From: a virus
IMG/VR virus record: IMGVR_UViG_3300031707_000006
Coordinates: 1-64,000 of that record
Strand: one strand, 5' to 3'
Length of the DNA: 64,000 nt
In this document: one piece after another, positions 28,767 to 37,656 of the stretch
Position numbering within the stretch: the first letter of the stretch is position 1
How the letters are laid out: the number at the start of each line of letters is the position of its first letter
The notes under the pieces: model-generated
Database searches by the model: none
What the model saw: the letters and a program-made list of their open reading frames with translations, nothing else
Told to the model about the DNA's origin: nothing
Made by a program: the position numbers and the translations under genes

Positions 28767-29237
28767 TTAAAGTTTATAAGTTCTATTTACTGTAGCGGCA
28801 GAAACAACTGCTGCAACTGCTAAGACAATAAATTCTTTGGTAGAATCTAATTGGGCTAAAGTATCCGCGTTTGCGATTGCTACCTGATAAGTTTTATACA
28901 CATGGGGTGAGACTGTTGTAATTGACCAATATTTTTTAGTTTCCTTATCTCTTGATGCAATTACATAATCTTCTACATGTACTGTTTCTTTCATATTCTC
29001 TTCTCCTTTTGGAAAAATACCATACATTAAACCTTCAAATAATTTATTTGTTTCGTCCTCAAATTCATCTTTCCAGAACATATTTTTCTCCTTTTGTTTC
29101 CATTCTCCTAAACCTTTACACGAAAAACCAAGTTGATTCTCTAATCCGTGATCCATTTGAAACTCAAAAATAGTTGACATTTCAAATATTGTATCTTCTA
29201 TTGTATCTTCAAATTCTACAGTTACCTTTTTTATCAT
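28767..29237 (-). CDS. Hypothetical protein with internal RBS-bearing in-frame starts
   Basis: Start moved to ATG 29237 (AAGGAG RBS) because the longer ORF overlaps tRNA-Arg. Confidence 0.55.
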   Translation of the reverse strand: MIKKVTVEFEDTIEDTIFEMSTIFEFQMDHGLENQLGFSCKGLGEWKQKEKNMFWKDEFEDETNKLFEGLMYGIFPKGEENMKETVHVEDYVIASRDKETKKYWSITTVSPHVYKTYQVAIANADTLAQLDSTKEFIVLAVAAVVSAATVNRTYKL

Positions 29238-29251
29238 AATTACTCCTTTAG

Positions 29252-29325
29252 CACCCTCGGTGAGATTCGGACTCACAACCCCATTTTTAGAAGAAATGTG
29301 CTCTGATCCGTTGAGCTACGAGGGT
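29252..29325 (-). tRNA. tRNA-Arg(UCU)
   Basis: ACCCTCG/CGAGGGT acceptor, GCTC/GAGC D stem, CATTT-CTTCTAA-AAATG anticodon arm, GTGAG/CTCAC T stem; no CCA. Confidence 0.88.
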
Positions 29326-29327
29326 AG

Positions 29328-29457
29328 TTTATCCTGGACTGTCTGTGTGAGTTTGATCAGACTCTGGTATATGACCTGACAGCAAGGCTATGCATCTTTG
29401 GATCCAAGCCAATTGGAGATCAATCCGTGCATACTTCCCTCTCACACCAGGATAAAT
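29328..29457 (-). ncRNA. Unassigned structured RNA (about 130 nt)
   Basis: 10-bp closing stem TTTATCCTGG/CCAGGATAAA plus TGTGAG/CTCACA, TATGCA/TGCATA, TCCAA/TTGGA and GCTGTC/GACAGT pairings; no ORF. Confidence 0.55.
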
Positions 29458-29564
29458 TAGGCAGAACTCCTTAGTTGCAGTCTAAACTGCCCGATCTTCT
29501 TTTTGCATCTGGTGGGAAGGCTAGACCACAGTTTTTAGAGCAAAGATGGACTTGACTTATTTAT

Positions 29565-29592
29565 ATTATACACCAATTTTCTACTTTGTCAA
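29565..29592 (-). promoter_or_regulatory. Sigma70-type promoter for the ncRNA/tRNA unit
   Basis: TTGACA-16 bp-TATAAT. Confidence 0.75.
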
Positions 29593-29600
29593 GTACCAAT

Positions 29601-29677
29601 ATAGCGGGAATGTGATTCGAACATCCGATCTCAAGGTTCAAAGCCTCACGTTTTTATCCAGTTAAACTATATGCCTA
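29601..29677 (-). pseudogene. Chimeric/pseudo tRNA-Gln(UUG)
   Basis: Good D arm and TGAGG-CTTTGAA-CCTTG anticodon arm, but T stem and acceptor stem do not pair. Confidence 0.65.
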
Positions 29678-29869
29678 TTTTAATAAAACACAATATTAAT
29701 TACATATCCCAATTGCTGTAGTGCCTTTACAATAAAACTATTCATAATCACTGTTGAATCACCAGACTTCGTTATCCAAACGGTAACAACCCTGGCAGCA
29801 AAGTCTACAGCAGCGGAGACTCCAAAGAGAAGATTTATCTCCATAAGCAGATCGGATATTTTACTTTTA

Positions 29870-30205
29870 TCACCAATAGCCATTGCGTTCTGCTAACTCA
29901 TCTTTATATTCTTTCATTGGTTTAACAGTCAGTTCGTATGAACCAAATGTTATTAACGATTGTAGAACGATTACCGTTGCACCAATACCCCACTGTTTCC
30001 AGTCCGTAGGGATTAAGTATCCTTCTATTTTAAGTAGGGCTAAGGGCAATGCTGTAAATATATTTAAAATTGCTACCATTAATACATAGAGTTTTGGAGA
30101 GAAATCATATTGCCCTCCTAATTTCAATCTAAGTAATGGTTTCACAACGAATTGCAGGATGAACATAGATAATGCACCTGCTGATACAATAACGATCTCA
30201 TTCAT
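29870..30205 (-). CDS. Three-TM membrane protein (holin-like size)
   Basis: Three hydrophobic segments and a charged C-terminus. Confidence 0.5.
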   Translation of the reverse strand: MNEIVIVSAGALSMFILQFVVKPLLRLKLGGQYDFSPKLYVLMVAILNIFTALPLALLKIEGYLIPTDWKQWGIGATVIVLQSLITFGSYELTVKPMKEYKDELAERNGYW

Positions 30206-30494
30206 AATTTTGCTCCTTAATCATCTGTTTTCCATTCTTCTTTTATGGAGAATAAATCTCCTTCACATCTTACTAAATAAGTTTGTACATCGGTTAGTGT
30301 CTGTAAATAAGCTGTTTCAGGTACTTCATTAATTGATTCACTGTAAACCATTTTCCTATTTGTAGATAAATCAGGCATGGTTTTTTCTTGCACAATTTGA
30401 GTCATTGCTTTCCAACCACCATCATCTAATTTAGCAAGACTGCTTATAGTTACCTGTTGAAATCTTTTTAATTCTTTAAAGTCCATTGTGAATC

Positions 30495-31259
30495 CTATAG
30501 TGGATTTCTTGTCCATTTCGAGAAGGAATAGAGTCGTTTGTGAAGTTCCTCTAAAATTTTTACGTCAGCCCTGTTATGATCTAAAACTTCTAAAATTGAT
30601 TCTGGATCACCATATCTTGCCTTACGCCACGTTGATTTTTTCAAAGGAGTCTTTCCCTCTATTCCCAACCAATCACAAACATTTTCTAGACTTTTCCTAG
30701 ATAGTGCTCCTAATTTACTTCTTACAAGATAATATAAATCGAAGTGATATAGTTCTGCATTATACTTACAAACTTCTTTTCCAGATTTAGTTACTATAAT
30801 CTCATCTACAAATCCAGGAAAGTCAAGTCCATAGTGTAAACTTTTAGCCCGTAAGAAACTGGCATCGAAGCGTGTACCAAAATAAGTAACTATAATCTTA
30901 TACTTTTTAATCTCTTCAATGCAAGAACGTACTATTCTCTCATCAAATTTTAGATCAAATAGTTCTTTTTTAGTCACACAATCATAAGCGATTTCTCCGT
31001 CTTTTCGTTTAATGCTCCATGATAACATGGTGCTGAAGTCCACAGTTAACCCGTCAGTCTCAATATCTAAATAACCCACGTTCTCTTCGTCCTTTATAAA
31101 CCAGGGAATATATTCTTTTTCTTCTTTTGTATCTCCTTTCCTAAAGCAATTTGGATGGTGCTGTATATCTTGTCTGTGTTTGCAACGATTTTGTATTATG
31201 TATTTCACTTTTTCCTCTATAAATTTTGAATTTTCCTTGTATATATGTTTCTGCTGCAA
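30495..31259 (-). CDS. RNase H-fold (DEDD/YprB-like) 3'-5' exonuclease
   Basis: YLDIET, TYFGTRFD, HFDLY, SLENVC, HNRADV; true start probably the GTG near 31208. Confidence 0.82.
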   Translation of the reverse strand: MQQKHIYKENSKFIEEKVKYIIQNRCKHRQDIQHHPNCFRKGDTKEEKEYIPWFIKDEENVGYLDIETDGLTVDFSTMLSWSIKRKDGEIAYDCVTKKELFDLKFDERIVRSCIEEIKKYKIIVTYFGTRFDASFLRAKSLHYGLDFPGFVDEIIVTKSGKEVCKYNAELYHFDLYYLVRSKLGALSRKSLENVCDWLGIEGKTPLKKSTWRKARYGDPESILEVLDHNRADVKILEELHKRLYSFSKWTRNPL

Positions 31260-31650
31260 GAGTTTCTTCGTCTGTTAAATGATATTTCTCTTGTAAGTAA
31301 TTTAAATATCCAGCATCTGTAAATCGATCTCCAAGTAGAAAGCCAAGCCTATCGCATAATTCTCTTACCTCTCGTGCGAGCACACTCCGATCAATACCTT
31401 CTTCTTTTCCTATTAGAGTTAAAGATTTATTATCTTGAATCCGAGATAAAATAATACGATCATAATCAGATAGTAACTTTCGTCTATTAAGTTCGGATAT
31501 CTTGGTTTCTACTGTGAGTAGATCATCAAAACTTTCAGACTCAGGAATAATAATAATATCTCCTTCTGAATCTATTCTCCCAACTTTTTTATATAAGCCT
31601 TCGCGTATTTGCTGGCTATTTGCTAGTAATTGATAAACATACCATGACAT
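31141..31650 (-). CDS. HTH-containing protein
   Basis: SLTLIGKEEGIDRSVLAREV resembles an HTH. Confidence 0.5.
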   Translation of the reverse strand: MSWYVYQLLANSQQIREGLYKKVGRIDSEGDIIIIPESESFDDLLTVETKISELNRRKLLSDYDRIILSRIQDNKSLTLIGKEEGIDRSVLAREVRELCDRLGFLLGDRFTDAGYLNYLQEKYHLTDEETLAAETYIQGKFKIYRGKSEIHNTKSLQTQTRYTAPSKLL

Positions 31651-31684
31651 ATTCTAATTATACACCTTTACTGTGATTAGTTGC

Positions 31685-32044
31685 TTACAGTACAACTGAG
31701 TTCCTTCTGTTTGCTGATTCGGTTCTGTAAAGTTCCAGCATACCATAGTATACCTTAAATTTTAATTCTTCTTCTGCTAATAAACCTTTAACATTAGCTA
31801 GACGCATTCTACTTGTTGCTAATTCACCATGAAGTCCTGGATAATGATACGTATTTTGAATAAAAGACATGGATGGGATCTTACCATCTGGAGAATATTT
31901 CTCAGGATGTGTTACACATTCTTTAGTTATCTTAGCCTCTGCTAACTTTAACTCCGCCTCTATTATTTCTTCCTCAGTTGTTAATTTTCCAATTGCAGAA
32001 ACAATTATCATAAATGTATCAAAATCGGGGGGTTGTTCGATCAT
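31685..32044 (-). CDS. Hypothetical coiled-coil protein
   Basis: Helical; C-terminal YRTESANRR reminiscent of UvsY-like recombination mediators (weak). Confidence 0.45.
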   Translation of the reverse strand: MIEQPPDFDTFMIIVSAIGKLTTEEEIIEAELKLAEAKITKECVTHPEKYSPDGKIPSMSFIQNTYHYPGLHGELATSRMRLANVKGLLAEEELKFKVYYGMLELYRTESANRRNSVVL

Positions 32045-32397
32045 AATACTCCTCTATAATTTTTGATATCTTATTAAAATTTTCACATGCTGTAAAATAT
32101 GCTGATATTGTATTTTTATCCAAATATGAATCTTCATTTTTGCATAAAATATTAAAAGTTTGTTTCTCGCCCTTTGCTATAGTATAAATAGCTAATGGAT
32201 TAATATAAAGAGTTTCATTCCAACCATATACTTTAAGGAACTCTATAATTGTTGCTTGTATATAACCTAGAGATAAATCATTTATCTCAGAGATGTCACG
32301 ATTAGACACACCAGCAACACAACCTTCTAGAATATTAAATACTGCAATATATTCCAAAGTTTTTGGATCTATATTAATTTGATTCGCTAAAAAATCT

Positions 32398-32865
32398 CTA
32401 ATGGTTGTCCAGTTTAGCATATGCTTTGTCTAACTCCTCTCTCATCTTGGTTATATGATTCGCAAGAGAAAGAAATGTATCTAAATCTAACGTTACAAAT
32501 ATCTTAACTCCGTTACGAACATTATCAAACTTACCAAATAACATAGGCATTCTAAAACCATTGATTGCCTCTACTTTAATTTTATCTAACCAACTCTTTG
32601 CTAACGTTAAACTCTTAGCATCTGCACCTGTTTTATTAGAATAGCCTACTTTACACTCTGCTTTGATTGCAGTAGGGAATCCATAGATCGTACCATTAAC
32701 ATCTCCAGTTAATAAAGGTTCACTCATAATAGTGCCGATTGATCCTGAACTCGGACATCTTTTAAAAGAACCATGAGTTAGATTCTCATTCAGAGTATTT
32801 ACAATATCTCGTTCAAAACTTGATCCCTTTCTTTTCTGACTAGATGGCATCACTACACTTCCCAT
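32398..32865 (-). CDS. Holliday junction resolvase, PD-(D/E)xK Hjc-like
   Basis: KRKGSSFERD, SGS, GDV, AECK. Confidence 0.75.
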   Translation of the reverse strand: MGSVVMPSSQKRKGSSFERDIVNTLNENLTHGSFKRCPSSGSIGTIMSEPLLTGDVNGTIYGFPTAIKAECKVGYSNKTGADAKSLTLAKSWLDKIKVEAINGFRMPMLFGKFDNVRNGVKIFVTLDLDTFLSLANHITKMREELDKAYAKLDNH

Positions 32866-33121
32866 ACATTACTTCTATTTCAAATTTACAAGCGCCTTTA
32901 GAAATTGATTCAATAATCTCTTGATGTGTAACCATAGAACCATCTCTAAGTTTATAGACATTATTTATACCCAAGTCGAGAACTGCTATTGTTCCTTCAA
33001 TTGTATCCGATTTAGGAATAGAATATTTATTTCTAAATTCAGATTTAATCTTTGGTACGAATTTCACAAATGGTGTGATAATTATCATACCCAAAAATTT
33101 AAGAAAATTTCTACGATTCAT
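32840..33121 (-). CDS. Small protein with a twin-arginine-like N-terminus
   Basis: MNRRNFLKFLGMIIITPF. Confidence 0.55.
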   Translation of the reverse strand: MNRRNFLKFLGMIIITPFVKFVPKIKSEFRNKYSIPKSDTIEGTIAVLDLGINNVYKLRDGSMVTHQEIIESISKGACKFEIEVMYGKCSDAI

Positions 33122-33303
33122 TTAAATACTCTTTTTAACCAATTATAAAATCTATTATGGAAGAGAATAAATTGTATAAAATTAACTCTTTTAAGCCCCA
33201 GATATAAGGCCAATAACCAATAAGGATCTACAGTATTAGAAACACTAATAGATATTCTGGTTCCGTTTTTATCAATCATAGTATAATATTTCATATTAAT
33301 TCC

Positions 33304-34620
33304 CTATCCATGTTTAGTAATCCTTCCAGTCTTATCATCAAAGTCTGAAAAAATAGAACCTAAAATTCCTGTTTGTCTATTTTTTACTATCATGTGTTCT
33401 AATACTCCAGGCATAGTAGTGTCCTTTGGTTTATAAAGTTCATCTCGATAATACATGATTATTACATCTGCATCTTCCTCTAAGTTTCCCGATTGTCTTA
33501 AATCGGCCTGCATTGGATGTTTATCCTCGCCTCTTAACTCAACACCACGATTTAATTGGGATGCAAGTGTAATTGAAATATTAAGTTCGATTGCTAATAA
33601 TTTCATTGCCCTAGAAATCTGGCCTAATGCGTTCGTAGCATTTTGGTCTCTTGCTGCCATGAGTTGAATATAATCTATAAATACTTGATCTAGATGTTTC
33701 AATTGACAGAATTTTCTTATCGTACCTGTAACATAGGGGATACTCGCTGAGAAATTATTATCCACATAAATTGGTAAAGATTTAATTCTAGGAATTGCAT
33801 CATCAATTAGTTGTAATTTTTCTTTATTCAGATAGCCAAGATGAATATCAGAAATGGGAATTCCTGTTTCAATTCCTAACCATCTCTCTGCTAACATATA
33901 TTTGGGCATTTCATAAGAAAACAGTAAAGAACTATACCCTTTTTTAGCAGACTCCAACATAGATAAACAAATGCTGGATGATTTTCCCATACCTGGCCTG
34001 CCCGCCTCAATCCATAAATTTCCTCTGCCTCTGCCCCCTGTAGCAAAATCTATATCTGGAAAACAAGTAAAAATACCAGAAGTACCTGGATTATTAATTC
34101 TCTCTTTAATTTCATTCCAACCTGCTCTTAATACGTCTTCAAAAGTAGAGGTAGTTTCCCCGCCGGAAGATAAAGAAAGATTATCTATTCTTACCCTTGC
34201 TTCAGCAATAACTGTATCAATATTTTCCAGATTGGATGCTGGAAGTGAAACAAGCGTACTACCTAATTCAACTAACTGTTTGGCTTTAAAACTCCCAACC
34301 AATAACCTTTCAAATTCCAAAAGGTTATCAACAGAGTAAGCCTGATTTTTTAAGTATTCTAAGTACGTTGTACCTCCAGCATCCAGCAATCTGGCATTCG
34401 TTTGTAAATAATTTGTTATTAATGATATATCAGGTATAGAACCTTTTGCCGCTAATTCTTGAATTGTAGTAAATAATAACTCATTTGCAATAGAACTCAT
34501 CATAAAAGATTTTAGATAAGTTAATTCAAATACCTTTAATGGATTATTAAGTAAGATACATAAAATTGCTGTCTCGTTTTCAGTGTTAAATATCTTCGTT
34601 GGCATGGCTATCCTCGTCAC
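33304..34620 (-). CDS. dnaB: Replicative DNA helicase
   Basis: GRPGMGKS, FSYEM, IDYIQLM, SQLNR, DLRQSGNLEEDAD, KNR. Confidence 0.93.
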   Translation of the reverse strand: MTRIAMPTKIFNTENETAILCILLNNPLKVFELTYLKSFMMSSIANELLFTTIQELAAKGSIPDISLITNYLQTNARLLDAGGTTYLEYLKNQAYSVDNLLEFERLLVGSFKAKQLVELGSTLVSLPASNLENIDTVIAEARVRIDNLSLSSGGETTSTFEDVLRAGWNEIKERINNPGTSGIFTCFPDIDFATGGRGRGNLWIEAGRPGMGKSSSICLSMLESAKKGYSSLLFSYEMPKYMLAERWLGIETGIPISDIHLGYLNKEKLQLIDDAIPRIKSLPIYVDNNFSASIPYVTGTIRKFCQLKHLDQVFIDYIQLMAARDQNATNALGQISRAMKLLAIELNISITLASQLNRGVELRGEDKHPMQADLRQSGNLEEDADVIIMYYRDELYKPKDTTMPGVLEHMIVKNRQTGILGSIFSDFDDKTGRITKHG

Positions 34621-34981
34621 AAAATGGATCTTGCATAACTATATCTTTTAAATCATCTCTAGCACTATTGTATTGAAACTCTAATTGTTTTATATCAATT
34701 CGATTAATGGGATTCACCTTATCTTCTAATCTTTTCTTTAGGAAATATGTAAGTAACGCATATGGATTCTCTGGTCTAAAATTATCCACATCATACGTAT
34801 CTAATATTGCAAAGAATATATTTTTCCTACTATATACTTTAACAAGTTTGCCAAATATTTTTATATAGGTTGCAAAATTTGTTAAATCATATAACTTACA
34901 ATACAATGAGGTTAATACCACCGCCGGATTGGAAGTGGTATTAATCTCATTTAGAAACTGGTCACTAATATTCTCATCCAT
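34586..34981 (-). CDS. Hypothetical protein (possible helicase accessory)
   Basis: Lies between SSB and DnaB. Confidence 0.55.
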   Translation of the reverse strand: MDENISDQFLNEINTTSNPAVVLTSLYCKLYDLTNFATYIKIFGKLVKVYSRKNIFFAILDTYDVDNFRPENPYALLTYFLKKRLEDKVNPINRIDIKQLEFQYNSARDDLKDIVMQDPFCDEDSHANEDI

Positions 34982-34985
34982 AAAA

Positions 34986-35801
34986 TTAATCTGCTAGAAT
35001 ACTATTAACTCTGTCAACAATATCTGCTGGGACTGCTGCATCACTTTCAGCGACTTCCATCGTTTTCTCCGCACTTTTCTTAGCAAAGATATCCTTTAAA
35101 GAAGCGCCCCTTAGAAAATCTTCCATCTCAGCCAATTCAAGACGGATAACTGCCCTTGATGTATCAAAGTATGCCTCTTCAGGCACAATAATCACATCAC
35201 ATCTTTCTCTTGCCACTTGTGGGGTCATCTCCTTTTTCTTTCCCTTTTGCATGACAAGAAGTTCAAAATCATACCTGGTTACGGGTACAGGATTACCAGC
35301 CTCATCTAATTGTGCGGCTTCTAATTGACTAATTAAATCCGCAATAGTAGGAGGAATGGATAATACTTTAACTTTCCCGGATTCCTTTATAGCCGCTTGA
35401 TTCAAAATAGAGTTACAGTACGGACAGGTATCTGGAAATCTGCCCGTAAATCCTGCTTTGACTTCTGCCTGACATTCCGTTTTTGGACAAACTTTTACCA
35501 TAGTCCGATCTAGAATATTAATTGCTATTCGATCACTTAAAGAAATTAAACCTTCAATATCTTTCCACTTCTTCCCAGGATTCTCTAACCACAATCTACG
35601 ATTGTTTTTACATGCTGGGCAATCTTCACCTAAACATTGTAAAGAAATTCCAGTTTGTCCTCTAGGGAAATAATGAGAGGGGAGTATTGAAGCTTTCTCA
35701 GTTGGCTCTATAAAACGAATGTAATGTTTTCCTGGTTCTTGAAAAAAATAGTCTAATTTTTTAAATGTACTTGTTGCTCTTGGTGTAAGTTGAAATGGCA
35801 T
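34986..35801 (-). CDS. Single-stranded DNA-binding protein (gp32-like)
   Basis: IRF, HY, CLGEDCPAC, GKVKVL, YDF, acidic C-terminus; replication context. Confidence 0.65.
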   Translation of the reverse strand: MPFQLTPRATSTFKKLDYFFQEPGKHYIRFIEPTEKASILPSHYFPRGQTGISLQCLGEDCPACKNNRRLWLENPGKKWKDIEGLISLSDRIAINILDRTMVKVCPKTECQAEVKAGFTGRFPDTCPYCNSILNQAAIKESGKVKVLSIPPTIADLISQLEAAQLDEAGNPVPVTRYDFELLVMQKGKKKEMTPQVARERCDVIIVPEEAYFDTSRAVIRLELAEMEDFLRGASLKDIFAKKSAEKTMEVAESDAAVPADIVDRVNSILAD

Positions 35802-36130
35802 TTTATTTTTCCTTTTTTATATTTTTGATTGTGTTGGATTTAAATATTCTTTTATTTTATTTGTTGTAAATTCTTTGAAAGTTTCTAGATATACATCTTG
35901 ATCTGCCTCATTTGACAATTCACGTAACAATTTTAGATATCTTTTATATTGACTCTCCACTTCTGCTAACTGTTGAGCATGAATAATATTTGAGAACTTA
36001 TGGTCATTCACCAGATGTTCTGGGATCTCTGCCATCGTTTCCACAACTTCCAATGAATTGAAAGGTGATAACTGAAATACTCGCCTGGTTACTACTGTTT
36101 TATACATCCTCATACTCCTTTATTATAAAT

Positions 36131-36159
36131 ATTGTACCACATATCTCTTACCTTGTCAA
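36131..36159 (-). promoter_or_regulatory. Sigma70-type promoter
   Basis: TTGACA-17 bp-TACAAT with extended TG. Confidence 0.75.
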
Positions 36160-36422
36160 GAACTAATTGTCGTCAAAATTGCCCGGATAGCCCGGATGCC
36201 AATGATATCCCCAAAATTAATTTCATCTCTGTCATTTAGAATATCCTCAAAATAATCCATTGTTACTGCGTCTAAATCAAAATCAGGGATATTCTCGATC
36301 ATCCACTCTACATATTCGGGATCGGCATCAATGATCTGTTGTAGAGTTTCACCTTGATGTTTACCGAAGGTTAACCTATCCCTCAGATTGTATACTTTTA
36401 TTTTCTTTTGTAAGAATGGCAT
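36156..36422 (-). CDS. ExoX C-terminal/DUF3820-like small protein
   Basis: LTFGKHQGETL...DPEYVEW. Confidence 0.65.
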   Translation of the reverse strand: MPFLQKKIKVYNLRDRLTFGKHQGETLQQIIDADPEYVEWMIENIPDFDLDAVTMDYFEDILNDRDEINFGDIIGIRAIRAILTTISS

Positions 36423-37434
36423 AGCATGTGCTCTTAATCCTTTCTAATACTTCTGGAGTTTGTTTAAGATACTCCATTGTTTTTACAAATCCTTGGCCCA
36501 ATCTTTCTTCTCCAAAATAATACCACGCACCGTGTAAACTTAGTATCCCTAAATCCTCTGAGAACCGTATAAAATCCCTTAATCTATCTATGCCTTTTCC
36601 AAATAGAATTGGAATCTGATAACTTCTAAATGGAGGAGCTAATTTATTTTTCATGATAGTAAATTTACACATAATCCCAATTGCTTCTTTATCTAACATG
36701 AGCATATTTTTTTCCCCTGTTAATGCTTTAGTTTGGATTTCAACAGAAGAAAAATGTTTTATCGCATTGCCTCCAGTAGTTGTAACCATAGGTATATACG
36801 AACCAATTACTGCCCTTGCCTGCCCAATAAAAATCATTGCTACTTCATTTCTCAAAATAGAGAATTGATTCCTTCTAAAAAATTTGGCTAATAACCTTGA
36901 TTGTTGAGTCATTGTGGATTCAATTAATTCCTTTTCCAATTCCTCATCGGGAGATCCAGCACTAACTGAATCTATTACAACTACTCCTACCTCTTTAGAA
37001 CGTACAGCATCCTCACATAACGTCATACAATCCTCAAATGATTCTGGTTTTAATATCTTTAACCAATTACCTCCTATATGTAAAGTATAATATAAAACAT
37101 TACCACTAATTAGATAATCATAACCTTTAAAATATTCATCTACTAAGCCCTGTTCAAGTCCGGCCTCTGAATCAATATAAACAGCATTCAAATGATATGT
37201 AAGAACTGCATTCTTAACTATCTCCAAAGCCAAATGTGATTTTCCTGATCCGGCAACTCCCCAGATAAAGGTTGTTTTTCCTCTAGGAATACCCCCAATA
37301 CCCAAAGATACATCTAAAGATAAAGCACCTGTTTCTATAACTTTTAAGGTCTTTAATCTTTCTTCTTCTTCCTCAGATAAATCGTATAATTTTTTATATT
37401 TTTCTTCTAATAGTTCTTCAAAAGTTTCTACCAT
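36376..37434 (-). CDS. recA: RecA-family recombinase
   Basis: TGALSLDVSLGIGGIPRG, GVAGSGKS, IDSE, VIDSV, TTGGNAIK, KNKLAPPF. Confidence 0.92.
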   Translation of the reverse strand: MVETFEELLEEKYKKLYDLSEEEEERLKTLKVIETGALSLDVSLGIGGIPRGKTTFIWGVAGSGKSHLALEIVKNAVLTYHLNAVYIDSEAGLEQGLVDEYFKGYDYLISGNVLYYTLHIGGNWLKILKPESFEDCMTLCEDAVRSKEVGVVVIDSVSAGSPDEELEKELIESTMTQQSRLLAKFFRRNQFSILRNEVAMIFIGQARAVIGSYIPMVTTTGGNAIKHFSSVEIQTKALTGEKNMLMLDKEAIGIMCKFTIMKNKLAPPFRSYQIPILFGKGIDRLRDFIRFSEDLGILSLHGAWYYFGEERLGQGFVKTMEYLKQTPEVLERIKSTCYAILTKENKSIQSEG

Positions 37435-37656
37435 TTATTCTTCCCTTTTCTTAGAAAAATTACTTATAAATAGATCTAATCCTTTTTCTAGCGCGTCATC
37501 TTCCAAATAAAAGATATCTGCATTCCCTAAATTAACAAGGACAAAGAGGACTTGGCCCAATCTCCAATCAGGAAAAATAGACCATATTGCCTCTAATTTA
37601 GTTATTATCCGCGTAATTCTAGTTATATCTCTCATTTTATTTGCTCCAATAATCAT
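37435..37656 (-). CDS. Small conserved phage protein (DUF1040/YihD-like)
   Basis: MRD..RI...W...PDWRLGQ. Confidence 0.55.
   Translation of the reverse strand: MIIGANKMRDITRITRIITKLEAIWSIFPDWRLGQVLFVLVNLGNADIFYLEDDALEKGLDLFISNFSKKREE

Noticed and set aside
29238-29276. N-terminal extension of ORF 28767..29276
   Set aside because: It overlaps the tRNA-Arg T arm; a strong RBS precedes ATG 29237
29329-29456. SAM-I riboswitch resemblance on the + strand (TTATC...GATAA, ATGA..CAGCAA, GTGC)
   Set aside because: Kink-turn and GCAAC core not matched, no downstream + gene, and the promoter and tRNAs point to the minus strand
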